Below are positions 44,003 to 54,956 of a stretch of DNA of 64,000 bases, one piece after another (position 1 is the first letter of the stretch; every line of letters begins with the position of its first letter). The stretch comes from an uncultured bacterium (GTDB lineage Bacteria > Acidobacteriota > Vicinamibacteria > Vicinamibacterales > UBA2999). Both the position numbers and the translations under genes were made by a program. The stretch covers positions 1,586 to 65,585 of the forward strand of contig CAWULT010000006.1 of NCBI GenBank assembly GCA_963923455.1. Direction: 5' to 3'. The notes under the pieces were generated by a model that worked only from the letters and a program-made list of their open reading frames with translations, searched no databases and was not told the origin of the DNA.

Positions 44003-44485
44003 ATGCCGGCTGCCCTGGTCGCCGTGACCCCCGACGTACTGCAGCTCGACCCGCTGATGGCCGCCGTGACGGACGGCCAGACGGGCGACGGCGCGGTGAC
44101 GTCGTTCGTCGGGCTCGTCCGGCACGAGAACCGGGGGCGCCGGGTGTCGTTCCTCGAGTACGAAGCCTACGAACCGCTGGCGGTCCGTGCGCTGCAGCGC
44201 ATCCTCGACGAGGCCAGGGAGGCGTGGCCCACCGCGCGGCTCGGCATCCATCACCGGACCGGACGCCTGGAACTGGGCGAGGCGAGCGTGATCATCGTGT
44301 CGGCATCGCCGCACCGGGCCGAGGCCTTCTCGGCGTGCCGCTATGCGATCGAGCGCATCAAGCAGATCGTGCCGATCTGGAAGCACGAGCACTTCGACGG
44401 AGGCGACGTGTGGCTCGAAGGGGCCACGGCCGACCCCGACGACACCACGGCGCGGCAGACCGCGTATCGCATCGCATGCGCGTGA
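44003..44485 (+). CDS. moaE: Molybdopterin synthase catalytic subunit MoaE
   Basis: 160 aa. FVGLVRHENRGRRVSFLEYEAYEPLA and PIWKHEHFDGG are family-typical. Confidence 0.88.
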   Translation: MPAALVAVTPDVLQLDPLMAAVTDGQTGDGAVTSFVGLVRHENRGRRVSFLEYEAYEPLAVRALQRILDEAREAWPTARLGIHHRTGRLELGEASVIIVSASPHRAEAFSACRYAIERIKQIVPIWKHEHFDGGDVWLEGATADPDDTTARQTAYRIACA

Positions 44486-44721
44486 CCATTCGCCTCTTCG
44501 CGCGGCTCCGCGACCTCGCCGGCACCGGCGAGCTGGTTCGCGAACTCCCCGACCCGGCCACGATCGACACGGCCTGGCGGGTGCTCGTCAAGGAGATGCC
44601 CGCGCTGGCCGAGTACGAGCGCACGATGTCGGTGGCCCGGAACGCCGACTACGCCCGAATGTCGACCGCCGTCCACGACGGCGACGAGGTGGCGTTCCTT
44701 CCGCCGGTGTCGGGCGGCTGA
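44476..44721 (+). CDS. moaD: Molybdopterin synthase sulfur-carrier subunit MoaD
   Basis: Internal ATG 44476, 81 aa. Ubiquitin-like ThiS/MoaD pattern ending in [12 protein letters not shown]. 10-nt overlap with moaE. Confidence 0.85.
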   Translation: MRVTIRLFARLRDLAGTGELVRELPDPATIDTAWRVLVKEMPALAEYERTMSVARNADYARMSTAVHDGDEVAFLPPVSGG

Positions 44722-44749
44722 TCGCCGCGAGGATCCGGACCCAGGCTGT

Positions 44750-45826
44750 ATGTTCGACAAACTCAGATCCGTCGAAGCCCGCTACGACGAGCTCATGGCC
44801 CAGCTCGGCACGACCGAGGTGCAGGCCGATCCGTCCGAGTACCGGAAGGCCGCCAAGACGCTCTCGGAGATCGAGCCGCTCGTCCAGAAGTTCCGCGAGT
44901 ACAAGGACGTCGAGCGCGACATCGCCGGCGCCACCGAGCTGGCCCGCGGCTCCGACCCCGACATGCGGGAACTGGCCGAGGAGGAGCTGAAGTCGCTCGT
45001 CGAGCGCAAGGCCGCGCTGGAGCACGAGCTCAAGATCCTGCTCATCCCGAAGGATCCGAACGACGAGAAGAACGTACTGCTCGAGATCCGCGCCGGCACG
45101 GGCGGCGACGAGGCGGCGCTCTTCGCGGCCGACCTGTTCCGGATGTACAGCCGGTACGCCGAGCGGCACGGCTGGAAGCTGGACGTGCTGTCGCAGAGCG
45201 ACAGCGCGGCCGGCGGCCTCAAGGAAGTGATCGTCTCGATCGAGGGACGCGGCGTCTACAGCCGGCTGAAGTACGAGAGCGGCGTGCACCGCGTGCAGCG
45301 CGTGCCCGCCACCGAGGCGGCCGGGCGCATCCACACGTCGACGGCCACCGTGGCCGTCCTGCCCGAGGCCGAGGACGTCGACGTCCAGATCAACGAGAAG
45401 GACCTGCGCATCGACACGTTCTGCTCGAGCGGCCCCGGCGGCCAGAGCGTCAACACCACCTACTCCGCCGTCCGGCTGACGCACATCCCCACCGGCCTGG
45501 TGGTGTCGCAGCAGGACGAGAAGTCGCAGATCAAGAACCGCGCGAAGGCGATGAAGGTGCTGCGGGCCCGTCTCTACGAGATGGAGATGCAGAAGCAGCA
45601 GGACGCGATCGCCAAGGAGCGCCGCGGACAGGTCGGCACGGGCGAACGCTCCGAGAAGATCCGGACCTACAACTTCCCGCAGAGCCGCATCACGGATCAC
45701 CGGATCAACTACACGACGCACCAGCTGCACGCCGTGCTCGAGGGAGACGTGGGCGAGCTGCTCGACCAGGTGGCCTCGTACTACAACGCCGAGAAGCTGA
45801 AGCAGGCCACCCAGGAAGGGGCGTGA
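44750..45826 (+). CDS. prfA: Peptide chain release factor 1
   Basis: 358 aa. GGQ motif [11 protein letters not shown] and the RF1-type PAT tripeptide ([10 protein letters not shown]). Confidence 0.95.
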   Translation: MFDKLRSVEARYDELMAQLGTTEVQADPSEYRKAAKTLSEIEPLVQKFREYKDVERDIAGATELARGSDPDMRELAEEELKSLVERKAALEHELKILLIPKDPNDEKNVLLEIRAGTGGDEAALFAADLFRMYSRYAERHGWKLDVLSQSDSAAGGLKEVIVSIEGRGVYSRLKYESGVHRVQRVPATEAAGRIHTSTATVAVLPEAEDVDVQINEKDLRIDTFCSSGPGGQSVNTTYSAVRLTHIPTGLVVSQQDEKSQIKNRAKAMKVLRARLYEMEMQKQQDAIAKERRGQVGTGERSEKIRTYNFPQSRITDHRINYTTHQLHAVLEGDVGELLDQVASYYNAEKLKQATQEGA

Positions 45827-46689
45827 TGCCGACGACGCCGCTTCACTCCACCCTGGCGGCCGCGCGGACGCGGCTCGTGGACGCCGGCATCGCGCCACAG
45901 GAGGCCGCCGTCGACGTCGACCTGTACGCGCGGACCATCCTCGGCTGGGATCGCGCGCGCATGATCGTCGAGCAGACCGCCGGCACCCCCGACGCGCTCG
46001 AGCCTCGCCTCTCCGAATGGGTGGCCCGACGGTCGCGGCGCGAGCCCTCGGCCTACATCGTGGGCACGCGTGAATTCTGGGGCCTCGACTTCGCGGTCTC
46101 GCCCGCGGTGCTCATCCCCAGGCCCGAGACCGAGTTCATCGTCGAGGAGGCGCTCCGCCGGCTCGACCGCACGCGGCCCACACGCATCGCCGACGTCGGC
46201 ACCGGCAGCGGCAACATCGCCGTCGCGCTCGCCCACGAGGTGCCCTCGTGCCAGGTCGTCGCCACCGACGTGTCGGCCGACGCGCTGGCCGTCGCGCGGC
46301 AGAACGCGGGGCGCCACGGCGTCGCCGGGCGCGTCATGTTCGTCTGCACGTCGTACCTGGCGGGAGTGGAGGGTCACTTCGACCTCATCACGGCCAACCC
46401 GCCCTACGTGCGCGAGGGCGACCGCCGGGGCCTGTCGCCGACGGTGCTCCACGAGCCCCACGTAGCCCTCTTCGGCGGCGAGTCCGGCCTCCGCGACATC
46501 GAGGGGGCGCTGGACGCGGCGGTCGAACACCTGCGCCCGGGCGGGTGGTTCCTGATGGAGTTCGGCCTCGGGCAGGACGACGACGTCCGCGCGCGCGTGG
46601 CGGCCAGGCCGGCCCTGCGCCTCGAGCGCGTGATCGCCGACCTCCAGGGCATTCCGCGCACGCTGGTGGCCGAGCGGCTGGCGCCGTAG
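45823..46689 (+). CDS. prmC: Release factor glutamine N5-methyltransferase PrmC
   Basis: 288 aa. [19 protein letters not shown] and NPPY. GTGATG junction with prfA, so the start is GTG 45823 or ATG 45826. Confidence 0.9.
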   Translation: MMPTTPLHSTLAAARTRLVDAGIAPQEAAVDVDLYARTILGWDRARMIVEQTAGTPDALEPRLSEWVARRSRREPSAYIVGTREFWGLDFAVSPAVLIPRPETEFIVEEALRRLDRTRPTRIADVGTGSGNIAVALAHEVPSCQVVATDVSADALAVARQNAGRHGVAGRVMFVCTSYLAGVEGHFDLITANPPYVREGDRRGLSPTVLHEPHVALFGGESGLRDIEGALDAAVEHLRPGGWFLMEFGLGQDDDVRARVAARPALRLERVIADLQGIPRTLVAERLAP

Positions 46690-46707
46690 CGCACCCGGAG
46701 ACCCACC

Positions 46708-47052
46708 ATGAGCGACTGTCTCTTCTGCAAGATCGCCGCGGGGCAGATCCCGGCGAAGATCGCCCACAGGGACGACGAACTCGTCGCCTTCCACGACATC
46801 GCACCCCAGGCGCCCCTGCACGTGCTGATCGTGCCGACGAGGCACATCCCGACGCTGAACGCGCTCGAGTCGGGCGACGAACCCCTGGTGGGATCGATGC
46901 TGCGCCGCGCCGCCGCGATCGCGGCCGAGCACGGCTACGCCGAGCGCGGCTACCGCACGGTGTTCAACTGCAACCGCGAAGCCGGGCAGACGGTGTTCCA
47001 CCTGCACCTGCACCTGCTGGCCGGGCGCGGGCTGGCCTGGCCTCCCGGCTGA
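46708..47052 (+). CDS. HIT-family (histidine triad) nucleotide-binding protein
   Basis: 114 aa. CLFCKI and the histidine triad HLHLHLL. Confidence 0.9.
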   Translation: MSDCLFCKIAAGQIPAKIAHRDDELVAFHDIAPQAPLHVLIVPTRHIPTLNALESGDEPLVGSMLRRAAAIAAEHGYAERGYRTVFNCNREAGQTVFHLHLHLLAGRGLAWPPG

Positions 47053-47129
47053 CGGCGGCTCACCTCGTACGACGCACCGCGATCACACGCGAGTCGACCG
47101 CGCGGCGCGCCTCGGAGGGGGCGACACGG

Positions 47130-47999
47130 ATGACACCTCGAATCGGCTTCATCGGACTGGGCGCGATGGGCGCGCCCATGGCGCGGAACCTGCTGCGGCG
47201 CGGTCACGCGCTGACGGTCTGGTCGCGGCGACCCGAGGCCATGGCACCGCTCGTCGCGGAGGGCGCGACCGCAGGCGCCTCACCTGCCGGGGTCGCGGCC
47301 GCCTGCGACGTCGTGATGACGATGGTGCTGGACGGCCGCGCCGTCGAGGACGTCGTCCTTGGCGAGCGCGGCGTCGTCCGCGGCGCCCGTCCGGGCCTCG
47401 TCATCGTCGACCACAGCACGATCGAGCCCGACACCGAGCGACGGATCGCCGACTCGCTGCGAGCGCACGACGTGGACATGCTCGACGCCCCCGTGTCGGG
47501 CGGCAGCCTCGCCGCCGAAGCGGGCACGCTCGCGGTGATGGCGGGTGGCCCCCGCGAAGCCTTCGACCGCGTCGCGCCGCTGCTCGCGGCCTACGCGGCG
47601 CGGGTGGTGCACGTCGGCCCGAACGGCGCCGGCCAGGTCGCCAAGGCCTGCAATCAGATCTGCACGATCGTCAACCAGCTCGGCGCGGCCGAGGCGATGC
47701 TGCTGGCCGAACGGTCCGGTGTCGATCCGCGGAAGGTGCTCGAGGCCCTGATGGGCGGCTTTGCCGCGAGCCGGATGCTGGAGCTGCAGGGCCCGAAGAT
47801 GATCGCGCGCGACTTCGACGGCAAGGTCGAGTCGCGCCTGCACCACAAGGACATCGGCATCGTGCTGGACCTGGCCCGGTCGCTCGGTATCGAGCTGCCG
47901 GCCAGCGCGGCCGCCGCTGACGTGCTGGCGCGGCTGCAGGAACGTGGCGGCGCCCGTCAGGATTCGGCCGCAGTGTTCCGGGTGCTCGACGAAGGCTAG
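47130..47999 (+). CDS. NAD(P)-dependent 3-hydroxyisobutyrate/2-hydroxy-3-oxopropionate reductase-family dehydrogenase
   Basis: Internal ATG 47130 with GGAGGGGG upstream, 289 aa. Rossmann IGFIGLGAMGAPMARNL, DAPVSGG and GAGQVAKACNQ. Confidence 0.85.
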   Translation: MTPRIGFIGLGAMGAPMARNLLRRGHALTVWSRRPEAMAPLVAEGATAGASPAGVAAACDVVMTMVLDGRAVEDVVLGERGVVRGARPGLVIVDHSTIEPDTERRIADSLRAHDVDMLDAPVSGGSLAAEAGTLAVMAGGPREAFDRVAPLLAAYAARVVHVGPNGAGQVAKACNQICTIVNQLGAAEAMLLAERSGVDPRKVLEALMGGFAASRMLELQGPKMIARDFDGKVESRLHHKDIGIVLDLARSLGIELPASAAAADVLARLQERGGARQDSAAVFRVLDEG

Positions 48000-48297
48000 C
48001 TCCAGTGCTCGGGCGGAATCGCGGCCCGCGGACTTGGCCCGGATCGCCCTCGAAGCGGCGGACATCGCGGCCACGGTAGCCACTGGCGCAGGACGTGCAC
48101 GGGCGATCGTGGGCGCGGCCGAAGAGCACTCCTGACTCTCGCGAGCCCAGGCATGCGGGCCGCCCGTGCCCATCGGGCAGATGCCGTCCAACCAGCGCTT
48201 GCAGCCGACGGCGCGCGGTGGGATGCTGAGCGCGCCGCGGCTGAACCGCGGTCGTTGGACCCTGGCAACCCCGATTGCAGAAAGCGAAGGCAACGTC

Positions 48298-48729
48298 ATG
48301 CGGAAGGTCCTTGCCCTGGTGCTCGTCGGAATGTTCGTGGGAGCGCCTGGTGTCCCGGCGCAACAGGCCTCGTGGCCACTGCCGCCGGCGCTCGCGGACG
48401 GCCATCTCGTCAACCAGCCATTGAGAGACGCCGCACGTCGTGAAGTCATGCGCGTCACCACGGAGGAGACGCCACCACTCGGATCGTCCCTGGCGGCGTC
48501 GCTGCAGGCATCGGCGCAGGCATCGGCGAGCAAGGGGAAGGGTCACCCCGTGGCAATCGGCGCCGGGGTCGGACTCCTCCTGGGCGCAGTCGTCGTGACG
48601 CCAGCCATGTGCCATGCCTGGGGCGGCTGCGCGGGAGAGGGTGTGGCTCTCCTGGCGGCTGTCGCGCTGTTTGGAGGAATCGGCGCAGGCGTCGGCGCCG
48701 CGATCGGCTACATCGTCTCGCGCCGTTAG
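48298..48729 (+). CDS. Small secreted/membrane Gly-rich protein, hypothetical
   Basis: Internal ATG 48298, 143 aa. Signal MRKVLALVLVGMFVGAPGVPAQQ and C-terminal glycine-zipper-like GAGVGLLLGAVV...GGIGAGVGAAIGYIV. Confidence 0.5.
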   Translation: MRKVLALVLVGMFVGAPGVPAQQASWPLPPALADGHLVNQPLRDAARREVMRVTTEETPPLGSSLAASLQASAQASASKGKGHPVAIGAGVGLLLGAVVVTPAMCHAWGGCAGEGVALLAAVALFGGIGAGVGAAIGYIVSRR

Positions 48730-48798
48730 TCGGGACAACGCACATCAGGAGGCGCTGCCGGTGACGGCGGACGCGAACCCGCGCGGACGCCGGCGGCG

Positions 48799-49500
48799 TC
48801 AGAGTCCAGGCAGCAGCGCCGGCAACTCCGCGAGCGTGCGGATCACGGGCACGTCAGGCAGCTCGGGCAACGGGTCCGTCGAGCGGTGCACGAGCACCCC
48901 GCGCATGCCGGCGCGGCGCGCCCCTTCGATGTCGTGCGCAATGCTGTCGCCGACCATCACGGACTCGTCGGCCCGGGCGCCCGCTTGCGCCAGCGCCTCC
49001 TCGAAGATGCTCGGGTGCGGCTTCATCCGCCCGTGTTCGGCCGACGACACGGCCGCCGACACGAACGCCTGCAGCGCGAAATGCTCCTGGAACGACGTCA
49101 GGCAGCGATGGGAGTTGGAGATGAGGCCGATCGTCAGCCCACGGGCGGCCAGCGCCGGCAGCACGCCCTCGACGTCGTCGTAGAGGAAGAAGTGGTGATT
49201 GGTCGCCCACTCGCGGTAGACCTCCGCCGCGCACACCGCGACCTGCGGCCCGGCACCACCCATCTCCTCGATGATGCGTCCGGTGTAGCGGATGAAGATG
49301 TCGTCCTCGTAGACGTGCTCCTGGTGCTCGTCGAGCAGCGACGAGGCCGCCTTGACGGCCGCCGGGAACCGGGCCTCGTCGAGCGCCAGGCCGTGGCGCG
49401 CGCCGAAGTTCACGTAGCCGACGCCCTGGAACGTCGGGCCGGGATAGATCAACGTGAAGTCGACGTCGAAGAACACCGCGCGCACGGGGCGGGCGCTCAT
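48799..49500 (-). CDS. HAD-superfamily hydrolase
   Basis: 233 aa. Motif I FFDVDFTL, ISNS and VGDSIAHDIEGA. Confidence 0.85.
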   Translation of the reverse strand: MSARPVRAVFFDVDFTLIYPGPTFQGVGYVNFGARHGLALDEARFPAAVKAASSLLDEHQEHVYEDDIFIRYTGRIIEEMGGAGPQVAVCAAEVYREWATNHHFFLYDDVEGVLPALAARGLTIGLISNSHRCLTSFQEHFALQAFVSAAVSSAEHGRMKPHPSIFEEALAQAGARADESVMVGDSIAHDIEGARRAGMRGVLVHRSTDPLPELPDVPVIRTLAELPALLPGL

Positions 49501-50771
49501 GCCAGGCCTCCCGCGTACGGCCCGGCGACGACCACCGTGGCCCGTGCCGGATCGAGCAGCGCGCGGGCCGAGGCCATCACCTCGTCACGCGTGACCGCGC
49601 GCAGCAGGCCTGGCAGCCGGCGGTCGTAGTCCAGGCCGAGGCCGAAGAACTCGACCGTCTGCAGGAACCTCGCGATGGCGGCGTGTGTCTCGAGCTGCCG
49701 CGGCAGCGAGCCGATCAGGTACTGCTTCGACTCGGCCAGCTCCTTCTCCGTCGGCCCGCCGGCGAGGAACGCGGCGATCTCGGCGTCGATGGAGGCGACC
49801 GTCCGCTCGACGTTGGCCGGATCGACGCCGGCCCGCACCACGAGCGGGCTGGGCAGAACGGCGGGATCGAACTGCGTCATGGCGTAGTAGGCCATGCCCT
49901 GCCGCTCCCGGATGCTGTCACCGAGCCTGCCACCCATCGAATACTGGCCGAGGATGTTGTTCATCACCCAGGCTGCGTGGAAGGCGGGATCGGTCCTGGC
50001 GATGGTGACGAAGCCGTAGGCGATGTCCGCCTGCGCCTTGTTCATCATCGGCACCACGACGGCCCGGCGGCCCGTCGCCGGCGGCACCGGCTGGAGCACC
50101 GACCCTGGCGAGACCGGCGCGTCCCAGTCGCCGAACGCAGCGGCCACCACGTCGCTGGCGGCCTCCGGCTCGACGTCGCCGACCACGGCCAGCGTCAGCG
50201 TGGACGGCCCGACACGGGCCCGGTGGAACGCCGCGAGGGCGTCGCGGCCGATGCCGCGGACGCTCTCGGCGGTTCCGCGCGACGGCCGGCCGTACGGGTG
50301 CGCCCGGCCGTAGAGTTCGGCGGCCAGGCGCTCGACGGCCACAACGGCCGGGTTGTCCTGATCCTGCCGGATCAGCGTCAGGACTTCCCCGCGCCGCAGC
50401 GCGACCTCGGTCTCGGGCAGGGTCGGGCGCATGACGACGACGGCGAGCAGCCGCACCAACGCGGCGAAGTCCTCGGCGAGGCACGTCGTCACGAGCGTCA
50501 GGGCATGCCGGTTCACCGACACGACCAGCGACGCGCCGCGCCCGTCGAGCGACTCGCCGATCTCGTCGCCCGTCCAGTCACCAGCACCGCGGTCGATGAC
50601 CTTCGACAGGAAGTGCGCCACGCCGCCGAGGCCGTCCGGATCGCAGACCGTGCCGGCCTCGAGCGACAGGTGCAGCGTAACCGCGGGCGTGACGCGCGAC
50701 GGCTGCACGAGCAGCCGGACCCCGTTGGGCAGCTCGGTGCGAACCGGCGCGAGCCCGCGGCCGGCCGTCAT
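49497..50771 (-). CDS. M16-family peptidase-like protein, non-catalytic partner
   Basis: 424 aa. M16 fold, but HFLSK replaces HxxEH. 4-nt overlaps with both neighbours. Confidence 0.8.
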   Translation of the reverse strand: MTAGRGLAPVRTELPNGVRLLVQPSRVTPAVTLHLSLEAGTVCDPDGLGGVAHFLSKVIDRGAGDWTGDEIGESLDGRGASLVVSVNRHALTLVTTCLAEDFAALVRLLAVVVMRPTLPETEVALRRGEVLTLIRQDQDNPAVVAVERLAAELYGRAHPYGRPSRGTAESVRGIGRDALAAFHRARVGPSTLTLAVVGDVEPEAASDVVAAAFGDWDAPVSPGSVLQPVPPATGRRAVVVPMMNKAQADIAYGFVTIARTDPAFHAAWVMNNILGQYSMGGRLGDSIRERQGMAYYAMTQFDPAVLPSPLVVRAGVDPANVERTVASIDAEIAAFLAGGPTEKELAESKQYLIGSLPRQLETHAAIARFLQTVEFFGLGLDYDRRLPGLLRAVTRDEVMASARALLDPARATVVVAGPYAGGLA

Positions 50772-52090
50772 CGGGGCCCGTCCACCGCCGCGGCGGAGGG
50801 GTCGAACCAGCCCACCGTCCGTGACGCCGGGACCAGCCTGGCGGCGGCCGCCGCGACGGCCTCGGGTGTCACGTGCTCGATGCGCCGCGCGATGTCGGCG
50901 TAGTCGCGCCAGCTCGCGATCGTCGCGAAGAACCCGAGCTGGTGGCCGATGTTGACGATGCTGTCGTTCTCGAACACCGATCGCGCCCGGAGCTGCGTCT
51001 GGGCCTTCCGGAGCTCGTCTGGCGTGATGCCAAGCACGCGAACGCGGTCGAGCTCGGCGACCAGCGCCGCCTCGACGGACGCGAGCGGGGTGCCCTCGGC
51101 AGCGGTCGCCGAGATGGTGTAGACGAACGGGTCCTCGGTGGGCATCAGCGCGCCGGACACCGACGATGCCAGGCCGCTGTTGACGAGTGCGTGGTACAGC
51201 CGGGCGCTGCGCTGCGGCGGCGGGGTCCGGAAACTGGCCCAGAGGTTGACGCCCTTGGCGCCGGTGAGCACCGCATCGAGCACGAGCATCGGAAAGAAGT
51301 CGTCCTCGGCGAAAGCCGGCGCGCGGTGCGCCACCTTCAGGTACGCCGCCTGCCCCTCCCGTGCCACGGTGACCCGTCGCTCGCCGAGCGGTTCGGGCTC
51401 CTGCGTGCGCAGCCGGCGACCGACGTCACCGCCGGGAATGCGACCGAAGTGCCCATCCACGCGGCGCAGAACGTCGTCCACCTCGACGTCTCCGACGACC
51501 ACCAGCGTCGCGTTGTTCGGCACGTAGAAGCGGCGGTAGTGCGCGTACAGATCGTCGCGCGTCATCGCACGCAGGTCGGACAGCCAGCCGATGGTGGGGT
51601 GCCGGTACGGGTGCGCCCGGAAGGCGGACGCCACCAGCTCCTCGTCGAGCAGCTGGTCCGGGTCGTTCTGGCCGCCCTGCAGCTCGGAGATGATGACCGT
51701 CCTCTCCGATTCGCAGTCCTCCGGGTCGTAGAGGCAGCCCCCCATCCGCTCGGCCTCGATGAAGAGCATCCGGTCGAGCGCGTCGCGAGTGGCGGTCTCG
51801 GTGTAGGTGGTCTGGTCTATCCAGGTGTAGCCGTTCCAGTAGCCGCCGTACTGTTCGATGATGCCCTTGACCTGGTCGCGCGGGATGTTCGTCGAGCCCT
51901 TGAAGTTCATGTGCTCGACCCAGTGCGAGGCGCCCGTGAGGCCGGGAGCCTCGTCCTTGGACCCCACCCTGTACCAGCACCAGACCGAGGCCAGCGGGGC
52001 CGTGTGGACGGGCAGGACGAGCACCCGGAGGCCGTTGTCGAGCACCGCCTCCTGCACCGCGGGGGACGGTCCGCCCGCACTCGTCGCCAT
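50768..52090 (-). CDS. M16-family zinc metallopeptidase (HxxEH present)
   Basis: [11 protein letters not shown] zinc motif. ATG 52090 (MATSAGG...) is preferred over the track start GTG 52120, because a TATAAT box lies inside the 10-codon extension. Confidence 0.85.
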   Translation of the reverse strand: MATSAGGPSPAVQEAVLDNGLRVLVLPVHTAPLASVWCWYRVGSKDEAPGLTGASHWVEHMNFKGSTNIPRDQVKGIIEQYGGYWNGYTWIDQTTYTETATRDALDRMLFIEAERMGGCLYDPEDCESERTVIISELQGGQNDPDQLLDEELVASAFRAHPYRHPTIGWLSDLRAMTRDDLYAHYRRFYVPNNATLVVVGDVEVDDVLRRVDGHFGRIPGGDVGRRLRTQEPEPLGERRVTVAREGQAAYLKVAHRAPAFAEDDFFPMLVLDAVLTGAKGVNLWASFRTPPPQRSARLYHALVNSGLASSVSGALMPTEDPFVYTISATAAEGTPLASVEAALVAELDRVRVLGITPDELRKAQTQLRARSVFENDSIVNIGHQLGFFATIASWRDYADIARRIEHVTPEAVAAAAARLVPASRTVGWFDPSAAAVDGPR

Positions 52091-52096
52091 CCCGGG

Positions 52097-52117
52097 ATTA
52101 TAGGGCCGGGATACAAT
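52097..52117. promoter_or_regulatory. Back-to-back -10 boxes in the 41-bp M16/ileS spacer
   Basis: Minus-strand TATAAT (52102..52097) ends 7 nt before ATG 52090. Plus-strand TACAAT (52112-52117) ends 15 nt before ileS ATG 52132. Confidence 0.4.
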
Positions 52118-52131
52118 CACGTACTGACCCT

Positions 52132-54954
52132 ATGCCCGAGTGGAAAGATACGGTCAACCTGCCTCGCACAGGTTTTCCGATGAAAGCGAACCTCCAGACG
52201 GCCGAGCCCGAGGCGCTCGCCCGCTGGGAAGCCATGGACCTGTACGGCCGGCTGCGCGAGCTCCGGCGAGGGGCGCCCAAGTTCGTTCTCCACGACGGGC
52301 CGCCGTACGCCAACGGCCAGATCCACCTGGGCACGGCGCTCAACAAGATCCTCAAGGATCTCGTCGTGAAGTCGAAGTCCATGGCGGGCTTCGACGCCCC
52401 GTACGTGCCGGGCTACGACTGCCACGGCCTGCCGATCGAGCTGCGCGTCGACCGTGAGCTCGGGCCGAAGAAGCGCGAGATGACGGTGGCCGAAGTCCGC
52501 CGGGCCTGCCGGTCGTATGCCGAGCGCTTCATCGGCGTCATGACGACGGAGTTCCAGCGACTCGGCGTCTACGGCGAATGGTCGCGTCCCTACCTGACGA
52601 TGGCCTACCGCTATCAGGCCGACATCGTTCGCGCGCTCGGCCGGTTCGCCGAGCAGGGGCTCGTCTACAAGGGCAAGAAGCCCGTCCACTGGTGCATCCA
52701 CTGCCGCACGGCGCTGGCCGAGGCCGAGGTCGAGTACGCGGACCACACGTCGCCGTCGATCTACGTCGAGTTCCCGCTGGCGCCGGCGAGCGCCGCGACG
52801 CTCGCCGGGCGCGTGCCGCAACTGGCGGGCCGGCCGGTCTCGGTGCTCATCTGGACGACGACGCCCTGGACCATTCCGTCGAACCTCGCGATCGCGTTCC
52901 ACCCCGAGTTCGACTACGCCGCCTACGACGTCAACGGCACGGCCGTCATCGTCGCCGAGGAGCTCGCGGCGCGGGTGTCGGCCGTCGTCGGCCACGCGCT
53001 CTCGAGCCCGATCGCGCGGATGAAGGGCCGTGAGCTCGAGGGCATCGCGTTCCGCCACCCGCTCTACGCCCGCGACTCGGTGGGCGTCGTCGCGGATTAC
53101 GTGACGCTCGAGCAAGGCACGGGCGCCGTGCACACGGCGCCCGGCCACGGCGCGGACGACTTCCTGACCGGCAGGAAGTACGGGCTCGAGATCTACGCCC
53201 CCGTCGGCCCTGGCGGCCACTACCTCGACACGGTGGAGCTCTTCGCCGGCGAGCGTGTGTCGGAGGCGAACCCGAAGGTCGAGGAGGCGCTCAAGGCCCG
53301 CGGCCGCCTGTGGCACCGGCAGACGATCGAGCACCAGTACCCGCACTGCTGGCGGTGCCACAACCCGGTGATCTTCCTGGCCACGTCGCAGTGGTTCGTG
53401 CGGATGGACGGCGACCCGGTGATCCTCTGCGAGGACGGCCAGACGCGGACGCTGCGCGATGCGGCCCGCCACGCAATCGACCACCAGGTGCAGTGGATTC
53501 CGGCCTGGGGCCGCGACCGCATCTTCAACATGGTGTCGAACCGCCCCGACTGGTGCATCTCGCGCCAGCGGGCCTGGGGCGTGCCGATCCCGGCGGTCGA
53601 CTGCACGGCGTGTGGCGAGGCGGTGCTGACCGGCGAGCTGGTGGCCAACGCGGCCGCCGTGTTCGAGACCCATGGCGCCGACGCGTGGTACGAGCGGCCG
53701 ATCGAGGAGTTCCTGCCGAAGGGACTGGCCTGCCCGTCGTGCGGCGGTACGGCCTTCGAGCGCGAGCGCGACATCCTCGACGTCTGGTTCGACTCGGGCT
53801 CGAGCCACGAGGCCGTGCTGCCCCGGTGGGACGACCTGACCTGGCCTTCGGACATGTACCTCGAAGGCAGCGACCAGCACCGGGGCTGGTTCCAGAGCTC
53901 GCTGCTCGTGGCGCTGGCCACCCGCGGCCGCCCGCCGTTCCGCCAGGTGCTGACGCACGGCTTCCTGATCGACCTCGAAGGCCGCAAGATGTCGAAGTCG
54001 GTCGGCAACGTCATCGCGCCGCAGGACGTGATCAAGGAGAGCGGCGCCGAGATCGTCCGCCTGTGGGTGGCGATGACGGAGTTCACCGAGGAGCTCCGCG
54101 TCAGCAAGGAGATTCTGACGCGCGTCATCGACGTCTACCGCAAGTTGCGCAACACGACCCGCGTGCTGCTCGGCAACCTGTACGACTTCGACCCGTCGGC
54201 CGACCTGGTGCCGCTGGCCCAGATGAACGCGGTGGACCGCTTCGCACTGGCCCGCTACGCCGAGGCCGCGCGGAAGGCACGCCGCGCCTACGACGCATAC
54301 GACTTCTCCACCGTCACCCAGACCCTCAACACGCTCGTCACGGTGGACCTGAGCGCCTTCTACGTGGACGTGACCAAGGACGGCATGTACACGCTGGGCG
54401 CCCGTTCACACGCGCGCCGCTCCACGCAGACCGCGATGTACCTGATCACGGACGGCCTGGCCCGGCTGCTGGCGCCGATACTCCCGGTGACGGCCGACGA
54501 TCTCTGGCGGCACCTGCCGGGCCCGCGGTCGGAGTCGGTGCACCTGGAGCGGTTCGGAGACGCCGACGCCTGGCTCGACCCGGCGCTGACCGCCACCTGG
54601 CAACGCCTGCTGGCGGTGCGCGAACAGGTGAACGCCGCGCTCGAACAGAGGCGCAAGGACAAGACGATCGGCACGTCACTGAGCGCCCGGGTGGTGATCA
54701 CGGCTGGCGGCGACCTCGGCGCACTGCTCGAGGAGCACCGCGACACGCTGCCGACGCTGTGCATCGTCTCCGACCTCGAGCTGCGCGTGACCGGCACGTC
54801 GGGCCCGGACAGCCTGGACGTCGAGGTCGGCAAGGCCGGCGGCGTGAAGTGCGAGCGCTGCTGGAGGTTCGTGCCCGCCGTGCGCCAGGAACCCGAGTGG
54901 GCGGGCATCTGCGACCGGTGCGTCGAGGCACTCGCCGAGCCGGCACGCACGTGA
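52132..54954 (+). CDS. ileS: Isoleucine--tRNA ligase
   Basis: 940 aa. [16 protein letters not shown] (HIGH region), KMSKS and C-terminal zinc-finger cysteines CERCWRF...CDRC. Confidence 0.97.
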   Translation: MPEWKDTVNLPRTGFPMKANLQTAEPEALARWEAMDLYGRLRELRRGAPKFVLHDGPPYANGQIHLGTALNKILKDLVVKSKSMAGFDAPYVPGYDCHGLPIELRVDRELGPKKREMTVAEVRRACRSYAERFIGVMTTEFQRLGVYGEWSRPYLTMAYRYQADIVRALGRFAEQGLVYKGKKPVHWCIHCRTALAEAEVEYADHTSPSIYVEFPLAPASAATLAGRVPQLAGRPVSVLIWTTTPWTIPSNLAIAFHPEFDYAAYDVNGTAVIVAEELAARVSAVVGHALSSPIARMKGRELEGIAFRHPLYARDSVGVVADYVTLEQGTGAVHTAPGHGADDFLTGRKYGLEIYAPVGPGGHYLDTVELFAGERVSEANPKVEEALKARGRLWHRQTIEHQYPHCWRCHNPVIFLATSQWFVRMDGDPVILCEDGQTRTLRDAARHAIDHQVQWIPAWGRDRIFNMVSNRPDWCISRQRAWGVPIPAVDCTACGEAVLTGELVANAAAVFETHGADAWYERPIEEFLPKGLACPSCGGTAFERERDILDVWFDSGSSHEAVLPRWDDLTWPSDMYLEGSDQHRGWFQSSLLVALATRGRPPFRQVLTHGFLIDLEGRKMSKSVGNVIAPQDVIKESGAEIVRLWVAMTEFTEELRVSKEILTRVIDVYRKLRNTTRVLLGNLYDFDPSADLVPLAQMNAVDRFALARYAEAARKARRAYDAYDFSTVTQTLNTLVTVDLSAFYVDVTKDGMYTLGARSHARRSTQTAMYLITDGLARLLAPILPVTADDLWRHLPGPRSESVHLERFGDADAWLDPALTATWQRLLAVREQVNAALEQRRKDKTIGTSLSARVVITAGGDLGALLEEHRDTLPTLCIVSDLELRVTGTSGPDSLDVEVGKAGGVKCERCWRFVPAVRQEPEWAGICDRCVEALAEPART

Positions 54955-54956
54955 CG

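Noticed and set aside
47944-48135. 63-aa track ORF overlapping the end of the dehydrogenase gene, and the 298-bp gap 48000..48297
   Set aside because: The ORF starts inside the dehydrogenase gene in another frame, is Ala/Arg-rich and has no SD. The gap shows only a CCGCGG-CTGAA-CCGCGG hairpin, with no convincing gene or RNA.
52091-52120. GTG 52120 as the start of the M16 peptidase (track ORF 50768..52120)
   Set aside because: The 10 extra codons would contain the TATAAT box and lie 11 nt from the ileS ATG. ATG 52090 gives a sensible N-terminus (MATSAGG...) and fits the leaderless geometry. The GTG start remains possible.
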